Source: a virus (taxonomy: Duplodnaviria; Caudoviricetes). Taken from it: 34,431 bases of DNA. This document shows positions 7,811-17,910 of the stretch, piece by piece. Every line of letters begins with the position of its first letter. Positions within the stretch are counted from its first letter, which is position 1. The stretch is from positions 1 to 34,431 of the IMG/VR virus record IMGVR_UViG_3300032303_001834, one strand, 5' to 3'. The notes under the pieces were generated by a model, which was not told where the DNA came from, ran no database searches, and saw only the letters and a list, made by a program, of their open reading frames with translations. Made by a program: the position numbers and the translations under genes.

Positions 7811-10402
7811 ATGGCTAATGAAGATCCAATCCTACTTAATCCATCTACCGATACGGTACAACAAAATAGACAATATGTAGCCTCAGGCGGCGCAAATGAT
7901 GAATCAGGTACACAAAGCACCGGCTCAGGTGATCGAGCAAACACTGTACAGGGATCTTCAGGTGCAAATGCAGGTGGTACGACACAAGCAGGTAAAGCTG
8001 AAACCCCGACCGCCACTGTATATCAGGCATCACCCGATAAAAGACAATATAATCCCTTAGGACAATTTTCTAGTTATACCTACCAAATTACTCTTTACAT
8101 GATTACTCCTGACGCATATGACAGATTCATAGATTCAGGACGTCAAAAGATAGATGTATTAAATCAATCATCTGCCAAAGGACAAGGTGGGGCATTAATA
8201 ATTTGTCAAAGTGGTGGAATTAATAATTCTAGTACTAAACGAGCAAGTGGATTTCAATATGATTTTTATATAGATGATTTAAAAATTGATTCTTATGTAA
8301 ATGGAAAAAGTACACAAAGTGCAACCAACGTAACTGATATTACTTTTAATATTATTGAACCATTGGGGTTTTCTTTTATTACTAATTTAAAACGAGCAGC
8401 AGACCAATTACAAGCATATTGTACTACTAAAAATTATAAAGATTTACAAAATCCCACTAGACAATTTTATATTTTGGGTCTTAGATTTCAAGGTTATGAT
8501 AAAGATGGAAAAATCATGACCGGTAAAGAAAAATTTTTAGGTCAACAATTAGATCCATCACAAAGTGATAACTCTAGTGGAATTTTTGAAAGATATTATG
8601 ATATTATTATTCGTGGTATTAAATTTAAAATTAATGGTCAAGCTACAGTATATAATATATCTGCGAATTCAATGTCTCCGGGTATAGCTATGGGGTTAAA
8701 GCGTGGATTTTCCACTAAAGATATACAAGTTACTTCTGATACGGTTGGCGGTGCTGTAACTCAATTTTTAGATATTCTATCTAGAGAGCAAGAAGACATG
8801 CTGAGTAAAACTCAGATTACAGTTAAAAATACATATAACGTAGTATTTCAAGATTCAGAAATAGCTAATGCTAGTATAGTTAATAAGGCTGATTTAACCA
8901 AATTTTCTTATCGAATGCCTGTACAAAAGACATCTGAATCAACCGAGGCTGCTGCGAGTAAAAAGAATACACCAGCTAATCCAACTGAAAAGCAATTGAA
9001 ATTTGCTACCAATACACCTATTTTACAGGTCATTGAAAATATTATTTCTAATAGTTCGTACATGAGAAATGCTGTTGCATTGGTATATTCTAATAATCTA
9101 AATAAATCTGATGAACCTTTACCAAACGATGCTAGACCTGAAATAAGTTGGTATAATATCAGTGCAAAAGTAAATAATGCAGAATGGGATCCTAAAGTAG
9201 GTGATTATGCATTTAATATTACATATTTTATTAAAAAATATGTAACTCCTATCTTTTTAAGTGCTTATGCTAAAATTGCACCTAGATATCCTGGCCCCCA
9301 TAAAGTCTATGAATATTGGTATACTGGAGAAAATAGAGAAATATTGAATTACGAACAATCACTAGACAATGCTTATTTTAATGTGGCAGTTGTACCTTCT
9401 GGTACAGGTCAATCACAGGGCGGCCCTACTGATGTAGCTACCGTACCTGGTAAGCGAACTGATCAATCTAGACTATCAGGAGCAGATCAATCATTAGAGA
9501 CCATAAACACTTATGTAACTTCATTGTATGATCCAGGATCATATGCTAAAGTAAAAATGACTATTATAGGTGATCCTGATTTCTTAATGCAAGATTCTCC
9601 GGGTAGCATCAAAGCGGTATATGATAGGTTTTACGGGGATGATGGATTTACTATCAATCCCAATGGTGGACAAGTTTTTATAGAAATAAATTTTAAAGAA
9701 GCTGATGATTATGATACCAACACTGGTGTGCTATCTATAAACGAAAGTATTAGATTTTGGGCATATCCTAGTGAAATACAAAATAGAGTCAAAGGTGTAA
9801 GTTATATGGTTTTACGAGTTACCAGTAACTTTCGGGCCGGTAAATTTACACAGGATTTGGAATGTCTGATTAACACTTTCCCTAATGCAACATCTACTAG
9901 TTCAAATGCTAGAACAGCCGATCCTTATGCTAACGAAACCGCTAAATTTGCTAGACAAGGTACTAGATCAGGCAATCCCAATGCCAATGAATATGAAATA
10001 AGTGGATCTCAAGCTATTTCACCATATGCATCACTAGTAAATGTTACTACCCAAACTACTGGATTAAAAGTCGTAGATGATGTCTTGGAATCCGCTCTTT
10101 CTAGGGTAGAATCTACCGAAATAGTGAATGTAACTAATCCTACTAACCTAGCTTCTAGTATTACTTCACCCACAGGTGGCGCCCCTAATACAGGATTAAT
10201 AATATTAGATGGGGATGCTCAAGGCACTACACCTAAATCTATCCCTGAACAGGGTAGAGAAGTTAATAGTAATGTTCAATCCCGAGATCCTCCTTCTAAG
10301 TATGATGTAATACGGTCAGAGACTGCAAAACTAAGAGCGGATTCCTTGGCTATTATTAACAGGAATAGAAGAAATCTTGGATTACCAGATTTCAAAGAAT
10401 AA
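7811..10402 (+). CDS. Probable baseplate hub protein (gp27 / P2 gpD-like)
   Basis: Position between gp53-like and gp5-like genes; NPL..FSSYTY, IIEPLG and MTIIGDPDFL...Y.V..V.S.F..GKFTQ.L motifs of hub-type proteins. Confidence 0.6.
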   Translation: MANEDPILLNPSTDTVQQNRQYVASGGANDESGTQSTGSGDRANTVQGSSGANAGGTTQAGKAETPTATVYQASPDKRQYNPLGQFSSYTYQITLYMITPDAYDRFIDSGRQKIDVLNQSSAKGQGGALIICQSGGINNSSTKRASGFQYDFYIDDLKIDSYVNGKSTQSATNVTDITFNIIEPLGFSFITNLKRAADQLQAYCTTKNYKDLQNPTRQFYILGLRFQGYDKDGKIMTGKEKFLGQQLDPSQSDNSSGIFERYYDIIIRGIKFKINGQATVYNISANSMSPGIAMGLKRGFSTKDIQVTSDTVGGAVTQFLDILSREQEDMLSKTQITVKNTYNVVFQDSEIANASIVNKADLTKFSYRMPVQKTSESTEAAASKKNTPANPTEKQLKFATNTPILQVIENIISNSSYMRNAVALVYSNNLNKSDEPLPNDARPEISWYNISAKVNNAEWDPKVGDYAFNITYFIKKYVTPIFLSAYAKIAPRYPGPHKVYEYWYTGENREILNYEQSLDNAYFNVAVVPSGTGQSQGGPTDVATVPGKRTDQSRLSGADQSLETINTYVTSLYDPGSYAKVKMTIIGDPDFLMQDSPGSIKAVYDRFYGDDGFTINPNGGQVFIEINFKEADDYDTNTGVLSINESIRFWAYPSEIQNRVKGVSYMVLRVTSNFRAGKFTQDLECLINTFPNATSTSSNARTADPYANETAKFARQGTRSGNPNANEYEISGSQAISPYASLVNVTTQTTGLKVVDDVLESALSRVESTEIVNVTNPTNLASSITSPTGGAPNTGLIILDGDAQGTTPKSIPEQGREVNSNVQSRDPPSKYDVIRSETAKLRADSLAIINRNRRNLGLPDFKE

Positions 10403-10473
10403 CAGAGATTTTAAATTAGAAGAATTCAAATGTTAGGGTTTATACCAACACTATACAACGGAGTTAAAAAATA

Positions 10474-13400
10474 ATGGAAGATTACTTCAAGCCAAGAGGA
10501 CCGATAGAGTCAAGCAAACCTGATGCAGGTAAGGCTAATATAAGATCGGTTCCTGTTTTTGGCGTGGTTAAAGACAATGTAGATCCAGTTAGAATGGGCC
10601 GAATTCAAGTATATCTACTTGATTTGAACGGTGAAGATCAGAATAATGCTGATAGTTGGATAACTGTTGGACAGCTTCCTAACTTTTATGGTTATACCGC
10701 ACCTAGGGCCAGTAAGAAACCTGAGGATTATGGTACGTATGAAACAAACCCTCATTCATATGGAGCATGGCAAAGCCCTCCTGAAATAGGAACAGTAGTT
10801 ATATGCATGTTTGTAAACGGTGATACTAACTTTGGTTATTATATAGGATGTGTACCTAATCCAGATGCGCTGCAAATGGTCCCGGCAATTGGTGCTACTA
10901 CAAATGTAGTTTTAAATAATACAGAAGCATCTAGTTATGGTGGCGCTACTAGACTACCTGTAACTAATATTAATCCTAATAATCCCAAATCAAATAATCC
11001 GGATTATTTTACTATGGCGAAGCCAGTTCATTCGTATACCGCTGCAATTATGAATCAGCAAGGTATTATCAGAGATCCTATTAGAGGACCTATTAGTACC
11101 AGTGCTCAACGTGAATCACCTAGCAGAGTTGGCTGGGGCGTAAGTACTCCGGGTAGACCTATCTATGAAGGTAATTATACTGATGAATCAGTACTACAGG
11201 CAGCTTTGGCTGATAATCCAAATGTAAGGGTTGTAGGTAGAAGAGGCGGCCATTCTATTGTTATGGATGATGGCGATGTTGTTGGAAACGACCAGCTAGT
11301 TCGTATAAGAACTGCATTGGGTCATCAAATCATGATGAGTGATAATGGTCAAACTCTAATGATCCTGCACTCAAATGGGCAAAGCTACATTGAACTAGGC
11401 AAAGAGGGTACTATTGACATGTTCTCTACTAATAGTGTTAATATTAGAACTCAGGGCGATTTAAATTTACATGCAGACAATGATGTTAATATCAATGCTG
11501 CTAAAAAATTAAACATTCAAGCTGATTCTATTACCGTAAGTTCAGAAAAAGATTACAAGCAAAGAGTTGGTGGAGATAATATTATACAAACTTTAGGTAA
11601 ATTTACACATAAAGTTGGAGGGGCCATGAGCTTAGCTTCCAGCGGTGTAGCTTCGTTTTCTAGTAGTTTGGTTACATTTATCAATGGTTTATTTGTAAAT
11701 TTAAATACTGGTCAAACTTATGTAACTCCAAAAGAAGTTCCTATTCCTACTAATGTTGCCCATACTGATACACTTTATGATAAAGCCAAGGGCTTTTTAG
11801 CAGCACCTGGCAAGTTAATAAGCATCGTTTCCAGAGCACCAGCACATGCACCATGGGCCAACGCAGGACAAGGTGTTAATATACCTACTACTTTAAATGC
11901 TGACCAACAACTTAGTTCTTCTTCTAATCCTGCTCTTTCTCTTCTTAATGCAGTAGCTGGTTCAGTACCCAGTGTACAGGCTACTCTTGCGGCGGCTTCT
12001 ACTGTACCGGCTATAGGTCCGATAAGTGATATGCTTGGATATGGACCAACCAGTGCTATGTTAAGTGGTATAGCTACCAATGTAGGCAGTAGTGCGGCTG
12101 CTACTGCGGCAGCAGCAGGGGGTGGAATAGTCCAAACGTTGCGGGGTGCTATTCCAGTAGTAGGAAAATTTGCACTGACCCCACAACAGCTTCAAAACTC
12201 AGGAGTCATTAAACCGATGTCCGCCGGATTAATAACTTCTCTAGCACAAAAAGGTAACGCTACATTACAAAAAGTTTTACCATCAAATATGTTTACCGGT
12301 AAAGCAGGTGCTGAAAATGCACCTGCAATTGCCAACAGCATGGCCGCACAAGCGGAAATAGCGAAAACCGCCTTGCAACAAGGGGAAAGTGCATTAACAC
12401 AAATCGGGGTCCTTACTGGTAAAGAAGCAGCCGGTGATGTGGGAGGAGCAATAATGGCTGCAGCAACTGCTGGAATAGCACCAGTTGCAAACGCTTTTAA
12501 TGAGGCTAACAATGCCATTGCTGCCGGTGTCGCTAGTGCTCAAAGTATAGTTGCTAAAGGTCAAGATTTACTTAATACCGCTACAGGTACAATTAATACG
12601 GTAACCAATGCAGCCGCTACTGTTACAAAGCTAGCAGATAAGGTTCCTGCATTGGGAGGTGTTGCATCCTCTTTCTCAGGTCTAGCGGCAACTTTCAATG
12701 CAGGGGGTTTTGCGGCCAATCTCGGCGCTATAGGTGGTGCATTTAGTGCAATATCAGGATTCTTGGGTAAGTTAGGAGGAGGTATTAGTGGTATTATAAA
12801 CCGAGCTAAGGGAATAGCGGCCGATGCGTTTAATTCAATTAAAAATGCACTACCAACTCTAAAACCAAATGTACCTCAAGACTTAGAAGCAATCAACGCA
12901 TCAGCTAAAGCATCAGAAAGTGGAGGTTTAGTAGCAGGTGCTACTGCGGCTGTTACAGGAGCCGCTGTGGTAGCTGGAACAACTGGGGCTACCGGTTCTG
13001 TACTAACTTCCGCTGCCAATGCTCTTGGTAATCTTAAAACTACAGTTACTACTGTTATAAACTCAGCAGGATCAGTGGTTACAAACGCTGCCAATATATT
13101 GGCTAAAGCAGGAACTACCATATCAACTGGTAATGTAGACTCAGCAGTAGCTAGTGGTGTTGATAATTTACCAGGTGGTCAAGCTTCCATAGCATCTATA
13201 ACAGATTATTCAAGCAAAGTTGCTGCTATCCCGGGTACAGGATCTATTAAGACCTTAGTTGATAATGCTAGTACTGCTGTTAATAATGGTATTTCTTTAA
13301 CAAAATCTATATCAACCGCGGTAACCTCAGTTAGCAACACTGTCGCTAACATAGGCAACGCAATAAATAATTTCTCATTGAGTGGGGCAGCGAACTCACT

Positions 13401-14010
13401 TACTGGATTCCTTTCAAGTGGATTAGATAAATTAAAATCCTTAGGTTTATCATCACTAGTGCAAGCGGGCTTACCAGCTGCGGCTGCTGCAAAATTAAAT
13501 TCCGCTATTTCAGGATTAAGTTCAGGTCTTGTGAAGATAACTACTCCTCAAGTAGGCGTAAATACTAATAACCGAGCACAATTAGATCAACAAACTAACG
13601 CATTACTAGGCAATGTTCCTGGACCAAACTTAACAGGAACGATTTCAAATGAAGCTACAGCCGCGTTAAACGCAGAAAATGAAAAAAATAATAAAATAAC
13701 TAGACTACTCAATGAAATTGATTCAATAATTATTGAAAGAGATAAAGTTGAGAGTAATTTCACAGTTCTTCAGGTTCAATATAGAGACTTAGCAAATACC
13801 AGTCCACAGGGAGATCCAGCTGTGGCCAGTGCTAGAAAGGCCGCATATGATTCATTAGTAGAAGTTGAGATGTTAAATGAAAAAATCTTAGCTTTAAGAG
13901 AGCAGCAGTATTCGTTGCAAGGAACCACGGGTAATAGAGGACGTGATAGGATTAGAGGACTGCTCCAAGGTAGTGTGTCTGCAATTGCAGCACTTAACAA
14001 AAATTTATAA
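10474..14010 (+). CDS. gp5: Baseplate central spike, gp5 / VgrG-like, with a long Ala/Gly/Ser-rich C-terminal extension
   Basis: N-terminal OB-fold (GVVKDNVDPVRMGRIQV...PPEIGTVVICMFVNGD), beta-helix repeats (GHSIVMDD, RIRTALGHQIMMSD, YIEL...G.ID), RAPAHAPW motif; precedes gp25. Confidence 0.8.
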   Translation: MEDYFKPRGPIESSKPDAGKANIRSVPVFGVVKDNVDPVRMGRIQVYLLDLNGEDQNNADSWITVGQLPNFYGYTAPRASKKPEDYGTYETNPHSYGAWQSPPEIGTVVICMFVNGDTNFGYYIGCVPNPDALQMVPAIGATTNVVLNNTEASSYGGATRLPVTNINPNNPKSNNPDYFTMAKPVHSYTAAIMNQQGIIRDPIRGPISTSAQRESPSRVGWGVSTPGRPIYEGNYTDESVLQAALADNPNVRVVGRRGGHSIVMDDGDVVGNDQLVRIRTALGHQIMMSDNGQTLMILHSNGQSYIELGKEGTIDMFSTNSVNIRTQGDLNLHADNDVNINAAKKLNIQADSITVSSEKDYKQRVGGDNIIQTLGKFTHKVGGAMSLASSGVASFSSSLVTFINGLFVNLNTGQTYVTPKEVPIPTNVAHTDTLYDKAKGFLAAPGKLISIVSRAPAHAPWANAGQGVNIPTTLNADQQLSSSSNPALSLLNAVAGSVPSVQATLAAASTVPAIGPISDMLGYGPTSAMLSGIATNVGSSAAATAAAAGGGIVQTLRGAIPVVGKFALTPQQLQNSGVIKPMSAGLITSLAQKGNATLQKVLPSNMFTGKAGAENAPAIANSMAAQAEIAKTALQQGESALTQIGVLTGKEAAGDVGGAIMAAATAGIAPVANAFNEANNAIAAGVASAQSIVAKGQDLLNTATGTINTVTNAAATVTKLADKVPALGGVASSFSGLAATFNAGGFAANLGAIGGAFSAISGFLGKLGGGISGIINRAKGIAADAFNSIKNALPTLKPNVPQDLEAINASAKASESGGLVAGATAAVTGAAVVAGTTGATGSVLTSAANALGNLKTTVTTVINSAGSVVTNAANILAKAGTTISTGNVDSAVASGVDNLPGGQASIASITDYSSKVAAIPGTGSIKTLVDNASTAVNNGISLTKSISTAVTSVSNTVANIGNAINNFSLSGAANSLTGFLSSGLDKLKSLGLSSLVQAGLPAAAAAKLNSAISGLSSGLVKITTPQVGVNTNNRAQLDQQTNALLGNVPGPNLTGTISNEATAALNAENEKNNKITRLLNEIDSIIIERDKVESNFTVLQVQYRDLANTSPQGDPAVASARKAAYDSLVEVEMLNEKILALREQQYSLQGTTGNRGRDRIRGLLQGSVSAIAALNKNL

Positions 14011-14029
14011 GAATAAGGAACAATAAATC

Positions 14030-14479
14030 ATGCCATCATATGTTGGATTCAGCACAATTGGAGCAAATCAACCAAAAACCACTAACGCCATTAATGGTAC
14101 TGATGGTGGTGTAGGTGGAATTGTTAGACCTGTTAACACTGGTAAAAAGTATACTCTAGTAGATGTTCCGCTTGTGATTCAAGATTTTATCAATGCATTG
14201 AATATAACACAAGGGCAAAAAGTAGGTCAACCTGCATATGGAACCACTCTTTGGTCTTTTGTATTTGAACCAAACACGGCTGATGTTCAGTTTCAACTAG
14301 AAAATGAAATTAGAAGAGTTGCTAGTCTAGATCCCAGATTGATTTTAAACTCTGTAGCGGCCTTCCCACAAGAACTTGGAATTTTAATAGAATTAGAAAT
14401 AGCTATTGCTCCGTTTAATAATCCATTGGTATTGAGCGTGTTTTTTGACTCTAATACCAGTAGAGCGACTATTCAGTAA
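14030..14479 (+). CDS. gp25: Baseplate wedge / sheath initiator, gp25 / gpW-like
   Basis: D..LVIQDFINALNITQGQKVGQPAYGTTLWSFVFEP...DPRL motif; TAAGGA SD. Confidence 0.88.
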   Translation: MPSYVGFSTIGANQPKTTNAINGTDGGVGGIVRPVNTGKKYTLVDVPLVIQDFINALNITQGQKVGQPAYGTTLWSFVFEPNTADVQFQLENEIRRVASLDPRLILNSVAAFPQELGILIELEIAIAPFNNPLVLSVFFDSNTSRATIQ

Positions 14480-14508
14480 TTTACTTAAAAACCATGGATT
14501 ACAGGTTT

Positions 14509-14516
14509 GATAAATA
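14509..14516 (+). promoter_or_regulatory. Putative late promoter GATAAATA upstream of the gp6-like gene
   Basis: Intergenic TAAATA core 17 nt before the ATG at 14534; same 8-mer as at 5742-5749. Confidence 0.5.
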
Positions 14517-14533
14517 CTTAAAAGAGAAAACGT

Positions 14534-17500
14534 ATGGCAACCAGCAGCAGACAATCGGCTTTATTTGGGGTAAATGATTGGAAATCTATATACCAAACCT
14601 TTAGGGAAGCAGATTTTCGGTCTTATGACTATGAAACACTACGCAAAAGTTTTATAGATTACCTACGTACATATTATCCTGAAACATTTAATGACTATAT
14701 AGAAAGCAGCGAATTTATAGCGTTATTAGACGTTATGGCTTTTATGGGCCAAGGTCTAGCTTTTCGTAATGATTTAAATACCAGAGAAAATTTCATTGAT
14801 ACCGCTGAGCGTAGAGATTCAGTGGTCAAGCTTGCTAATTTAGTAAGTTATACACCTAAAAGAAACCTAGCTGCACAGGGATTTCTAAAGGTAACTAGTA
14901 TTAATACCACTGAAAATATCACAGATTTAAATGGCTTTAATCTAGGTAATTTAACTATACTTTGGAATGATCCAGCTAACCCAAATTGGTTAGAACAGTA
15001 TAATACTATTGTAAATGCCACACTGGTCAATGCACAAAAAGTTGGACGCCCGGGAAATACAGCAGATTTGTTGGGTATTACCACTAGTGAATATGCTGTA
15101 AACATACCTCAAGGTACTTTACCTATAGCGCCATTTTCAGCTACAGTAAATGGTTTAACAATGAATTTTGAACTTGTTAGCGTAACAAGTTTAGATGAAG
15201 ATTATTTGTATGAGATTCCACCTGCACCGTCAGGTAGATTCAACATGCTATATAGAAATGATAAATTGGGATATGGTAGCCCAAATACAGGTTATTTTTT
15301 CTATTTTAAACAGGGTATCTTACAAAATTACGATTTTACCCTACAGCAACAGATTTCAAATCAAGTAGTCAATATTGACATCCAAGGTGTTAATAATACA
15401 GATACTTGGTTATATCAACTAAGCGCAGCAAATGGCGGACTAAGTCCGTGGGTGAAAGTTGAAAATGTATATGCAAATGCATATCTACAAACAGCTTCTA
15501 GTGATAAGAGAATCTTTTCAGTAGGGTCAGGCTTTAATGATGTTGTTAATTATCAATTTGGTGATGGTATATTCTCAGCTATACCAGTTGGTAATTTCAG
15601 AGCATATGTACGTTCTTCTAATGGATTGACATATACTATCGATCCTTCAGAAATGCAGGGTATTACAGTTGCGTTTTCTTATGTAAGCAGATTGAACAGA
15701 ATTGAAACTCTAACTGTTGGTTTACAATTATCCAATCCTGTTTCTAATGCTCAGTCTAGGGAGTCACTACCACAAATCAAACTACGTGCTCCTACTCGCT
15801 ACTATACACAGAATCGTATGGTCAATGGGGAAGATTATAATAACTTCCCCTACACCCTATACAGTTCTATAATTAAAAGTAAAGCAATTAACCGTAGTTC
15901 AATTGGTGTTTCTAAGAACCTAGACTTATTAGATCCAACAGGAAAATACAGTAGTTTAAATTCTTTTGCTAGTGATGGTGGATTATATTTAGATGATGCA
16001 GATGGATATTTAACCTTCACAGTCAATGACACTAGCAATATTATTACCTTTTTAACAGATACCCTAGCATCTGAATTATTATTAAATAAAACAACTCAAT
16101 ATTATCTACAAAATTATACTAGATACAATGTAAATACATCTACCGGTGATGGCACAGTGTATTGGAAAACCAGTACAGTTGATGCTAATTCTTTAACTGG
16201 ATATTACTACAATATTATTAATAGCGTTAATACACCTATTCCAGTTGGTGTTTTTTCAGGATATAATGCAAAATATATTACTCCTGGTGCACTAGTTAAA
16301 TTTGTTGCGCCATCAGGATATTATTTTGATTCAAACAACAGATTGGTATCAGGGATCGCGGGTCCAACTAATCCTACTTATTTTTGGACTAGTGTATTAA
16401 ATGTAGTTGGTGATGGATTTAATCAAGGTGATGGAGCATTCTCAAATGGAACAGGTCCTATTACGTTAAATGGTTATGTACCCTCAGGTGCTATTTTGAC
16501 GCAGGTAATCCCAGCATTTAGTAATACATTCAGCAATGCAATTATTCAAGAATGTATTATCAGAATAGAACTACAGCAGAGTTTTTCACTAGTATTTAAT
16601 AATGGGTTAACCGTTGTTGAAGATAGGTGGTCTGTTGCTGATTATAATAACCCTAGCTACTTTATTAATTTTTTAAGTTTAGGTAATAACAGATATTCAG
16701 TTTCATATAAATCTCTTATATATTATTTTGGTAGTGTACATGATACTAGGTTTTCTTTTGAAAGAGACAAATTAGTATATGATCCATTTACTGGTAAAAT
16801 TCTACAAGATTTTATAAATGTTCTAGCCACTAATACTCAGCCTAATTCAAATTATCCTTTGGCTTCAAATGTTCAAGTTAACATTGTTGGACAAACAGTA
16901 TTAGCTGATGGTTATATAGATGACTTTGAAGTTCAGGTATCTGCCACTGATGTTAACAACAGACTTATTATTACCGATCCTGATTTCTTCAACACCGTAA
17001 CAGGTTATGTAACGGGCGCTCAGAATTTTGGTATATATACTTTTTTTGAACTTATTCAAGATCCAATAAATCTAGCAAGATATCAACTTATTCCTACAAC
17101 AGATGTTGTTTATCAGTATCCTTCAATGAATTCAATTGAAGTGGTTAAGTATGATTATCCATTAGGTCAAATATTTTACGCTTATACAGATAATCTATTT
17201 TATACTACTGTTCAGAGTACTACAGTAACTACCCCGTACTATATCTTAGTACAACAGCCTCAATATTCAATGAAGCCTGGTCGTCAAGGATTACAATTTC
17301 AATATAGGCACAATTCTAATAATACAACTAGAATTGATCCAGCTACAACTAATATTATAGATTTATATGTTGTAACTCAAGCATATTATACAGCATATAC
17401 GAATTATATTGTAGATACAACCAATACTATACCTAAGCCTGAAAGACCAACTATTAATGAGTTAAATCAGGCATATGGTCAAGTAAATGATTATAAGATG

Positions 17501-17905
17501 ATTAGCGATTCCGTTATTTTAAACAGTGTGGTGTTTCAACCATTGTTTGGACCAAAAGCACCTCCTGCACTAAGAGCAACTATTAAAGTAATTAAGACTT
17601 CTAATACTAATGCCAGCGACAGTGAAATTCGTAGTGCAGTGTTAACCGCAATGAATAGTTATTTTAATATTAATAATTGGAATTTCGGCGATACTTTCTA
17701 TTTTTCAGAGTTAAGTGCTTACTTGCATTCTGAAATAGGTGCCCTTATTAGTTCGGCCGTTTTAGTGCCTAATGACCCCACGTTGACATTTGGAGATTTG
17801 TATGAAATAAAATGTGCCCCTTATCAAATTTTTGTCAACGCAGCAACATCTAATGATGTACTAGTAATCCCTGCTCTCACGCAAGTCCAATTACAAGTAA
17901 GATAA
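14534..17905 (+). CDS. gp6: Baseplate wedge subunit, T4 gp6 / P2 gpJ-like
   Basis: DYETLRKSFIDYL...FNDY.ESS...LLD..A...ENFIDTAERRDSV..LA..VSYTPKR; FGDGIF..IP; ES...IK..AP..Y.TQNRMV..EDY. Confidence 0.9.
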   Translation: MATSSRQSALFGVNDWKSIYQTFREADFRSYDYETLRKSFIDYLRTYYPETFNDYIESSEFIALLDVMAFMGQGLAFRNDLNTRENFIDTAERRDSVVKLANLVSYTPKRNLAAQGFLKVTSINTTENITDLNGFNLGNLTILWNDPANPNWLEQYNTIVNATLVNAQKVGRPGNTADLLGITTSEYAVNIPQGTLPIAPFSATVNGLTMNFELVSVTSLDEDYLYEIPPAPSGRFNMLYRNDKLGYGSPNTGYFFYFKQGILQNYDFTLQQQISNQVVNIDIQGVNNTDTWLYQLSAANGGLSPWVKVENVYANAYLQTASSDKRIFSVGSGFNDVVNYQFGDGIFSAIPVGNFRAYVRSSNGLTYTIDPSEMQGITVAFSYVSRLNRIETLTVGLQLSNPVSNAQSRESLPQIKLRAPTRYYTQNRMVNGEDYNNFPYTLYSSIIKSKAINRSSIGVSKNLDLLDPTGKYSSLNSFASDGGLYLDDADGYLTFTVNDTSNIITFLTDTLASELLLNKTTQYYLQNYTRYNVNTSTGDGTVYWKTSTVDANSLTGYYYNIINSVNTPIPVGVFSGYNAKYITPGALVKFVAPSGYYFDSNNRLVSGIAGPTNPTYFWTSVLNVVGDGFNQGDGAFSNGTGPITLNGYVPSGAILTQVIPAFSNTFSNAIIQECIIRIELQQSFSLVFNNGLTVVEDRWSVADYNNPSYFINFLSLGNNRYSVSYKSLIYYFGSVHDTRFSFERDKLVYDPFTGKILQDFINVLATNTQPNSNYPLASNVQVNIVGQTVLADGYIDDFEVQVSATDVNNRLIITDPDFFNTVTGYVTGAQNFGIYTFFELIQDPINLARYQLIPTTDVVYQYPSMNSIEVVKYDYPLGQIFYAYTDNLFYTTVQSTTVTTPYYILVQQPQYSMKPGRQGLQFQYRHNSNNTTRIDPATTNIIDLYVVTQAYYTAYTNYIVDTTNTIPKPERPTINELNQAYGQVNDYKMISDSVILNSVVFQPLFGPKAPPALRATIKVIKTSNTNASDSEIRSAVLTAMNSYFNINNWNFGDTFYFSELSAYLHSEIGALISSAVLVPNDPTLTFGDLYEIKCAPYQIFVNAATSNDVLVIPALTQVQLQVR

Positions 17906-17910
17906 TAACT

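Noticed and set aside
5802-17905. Bacterial T6SS or extracellular contractile injection system locus
   Set aside because: It is linked to gp55, gp46/gp47 and late-promoter-like motifs, with no Tss membrane complex or ClpV-type genes; a phage tail is the simpler reading.
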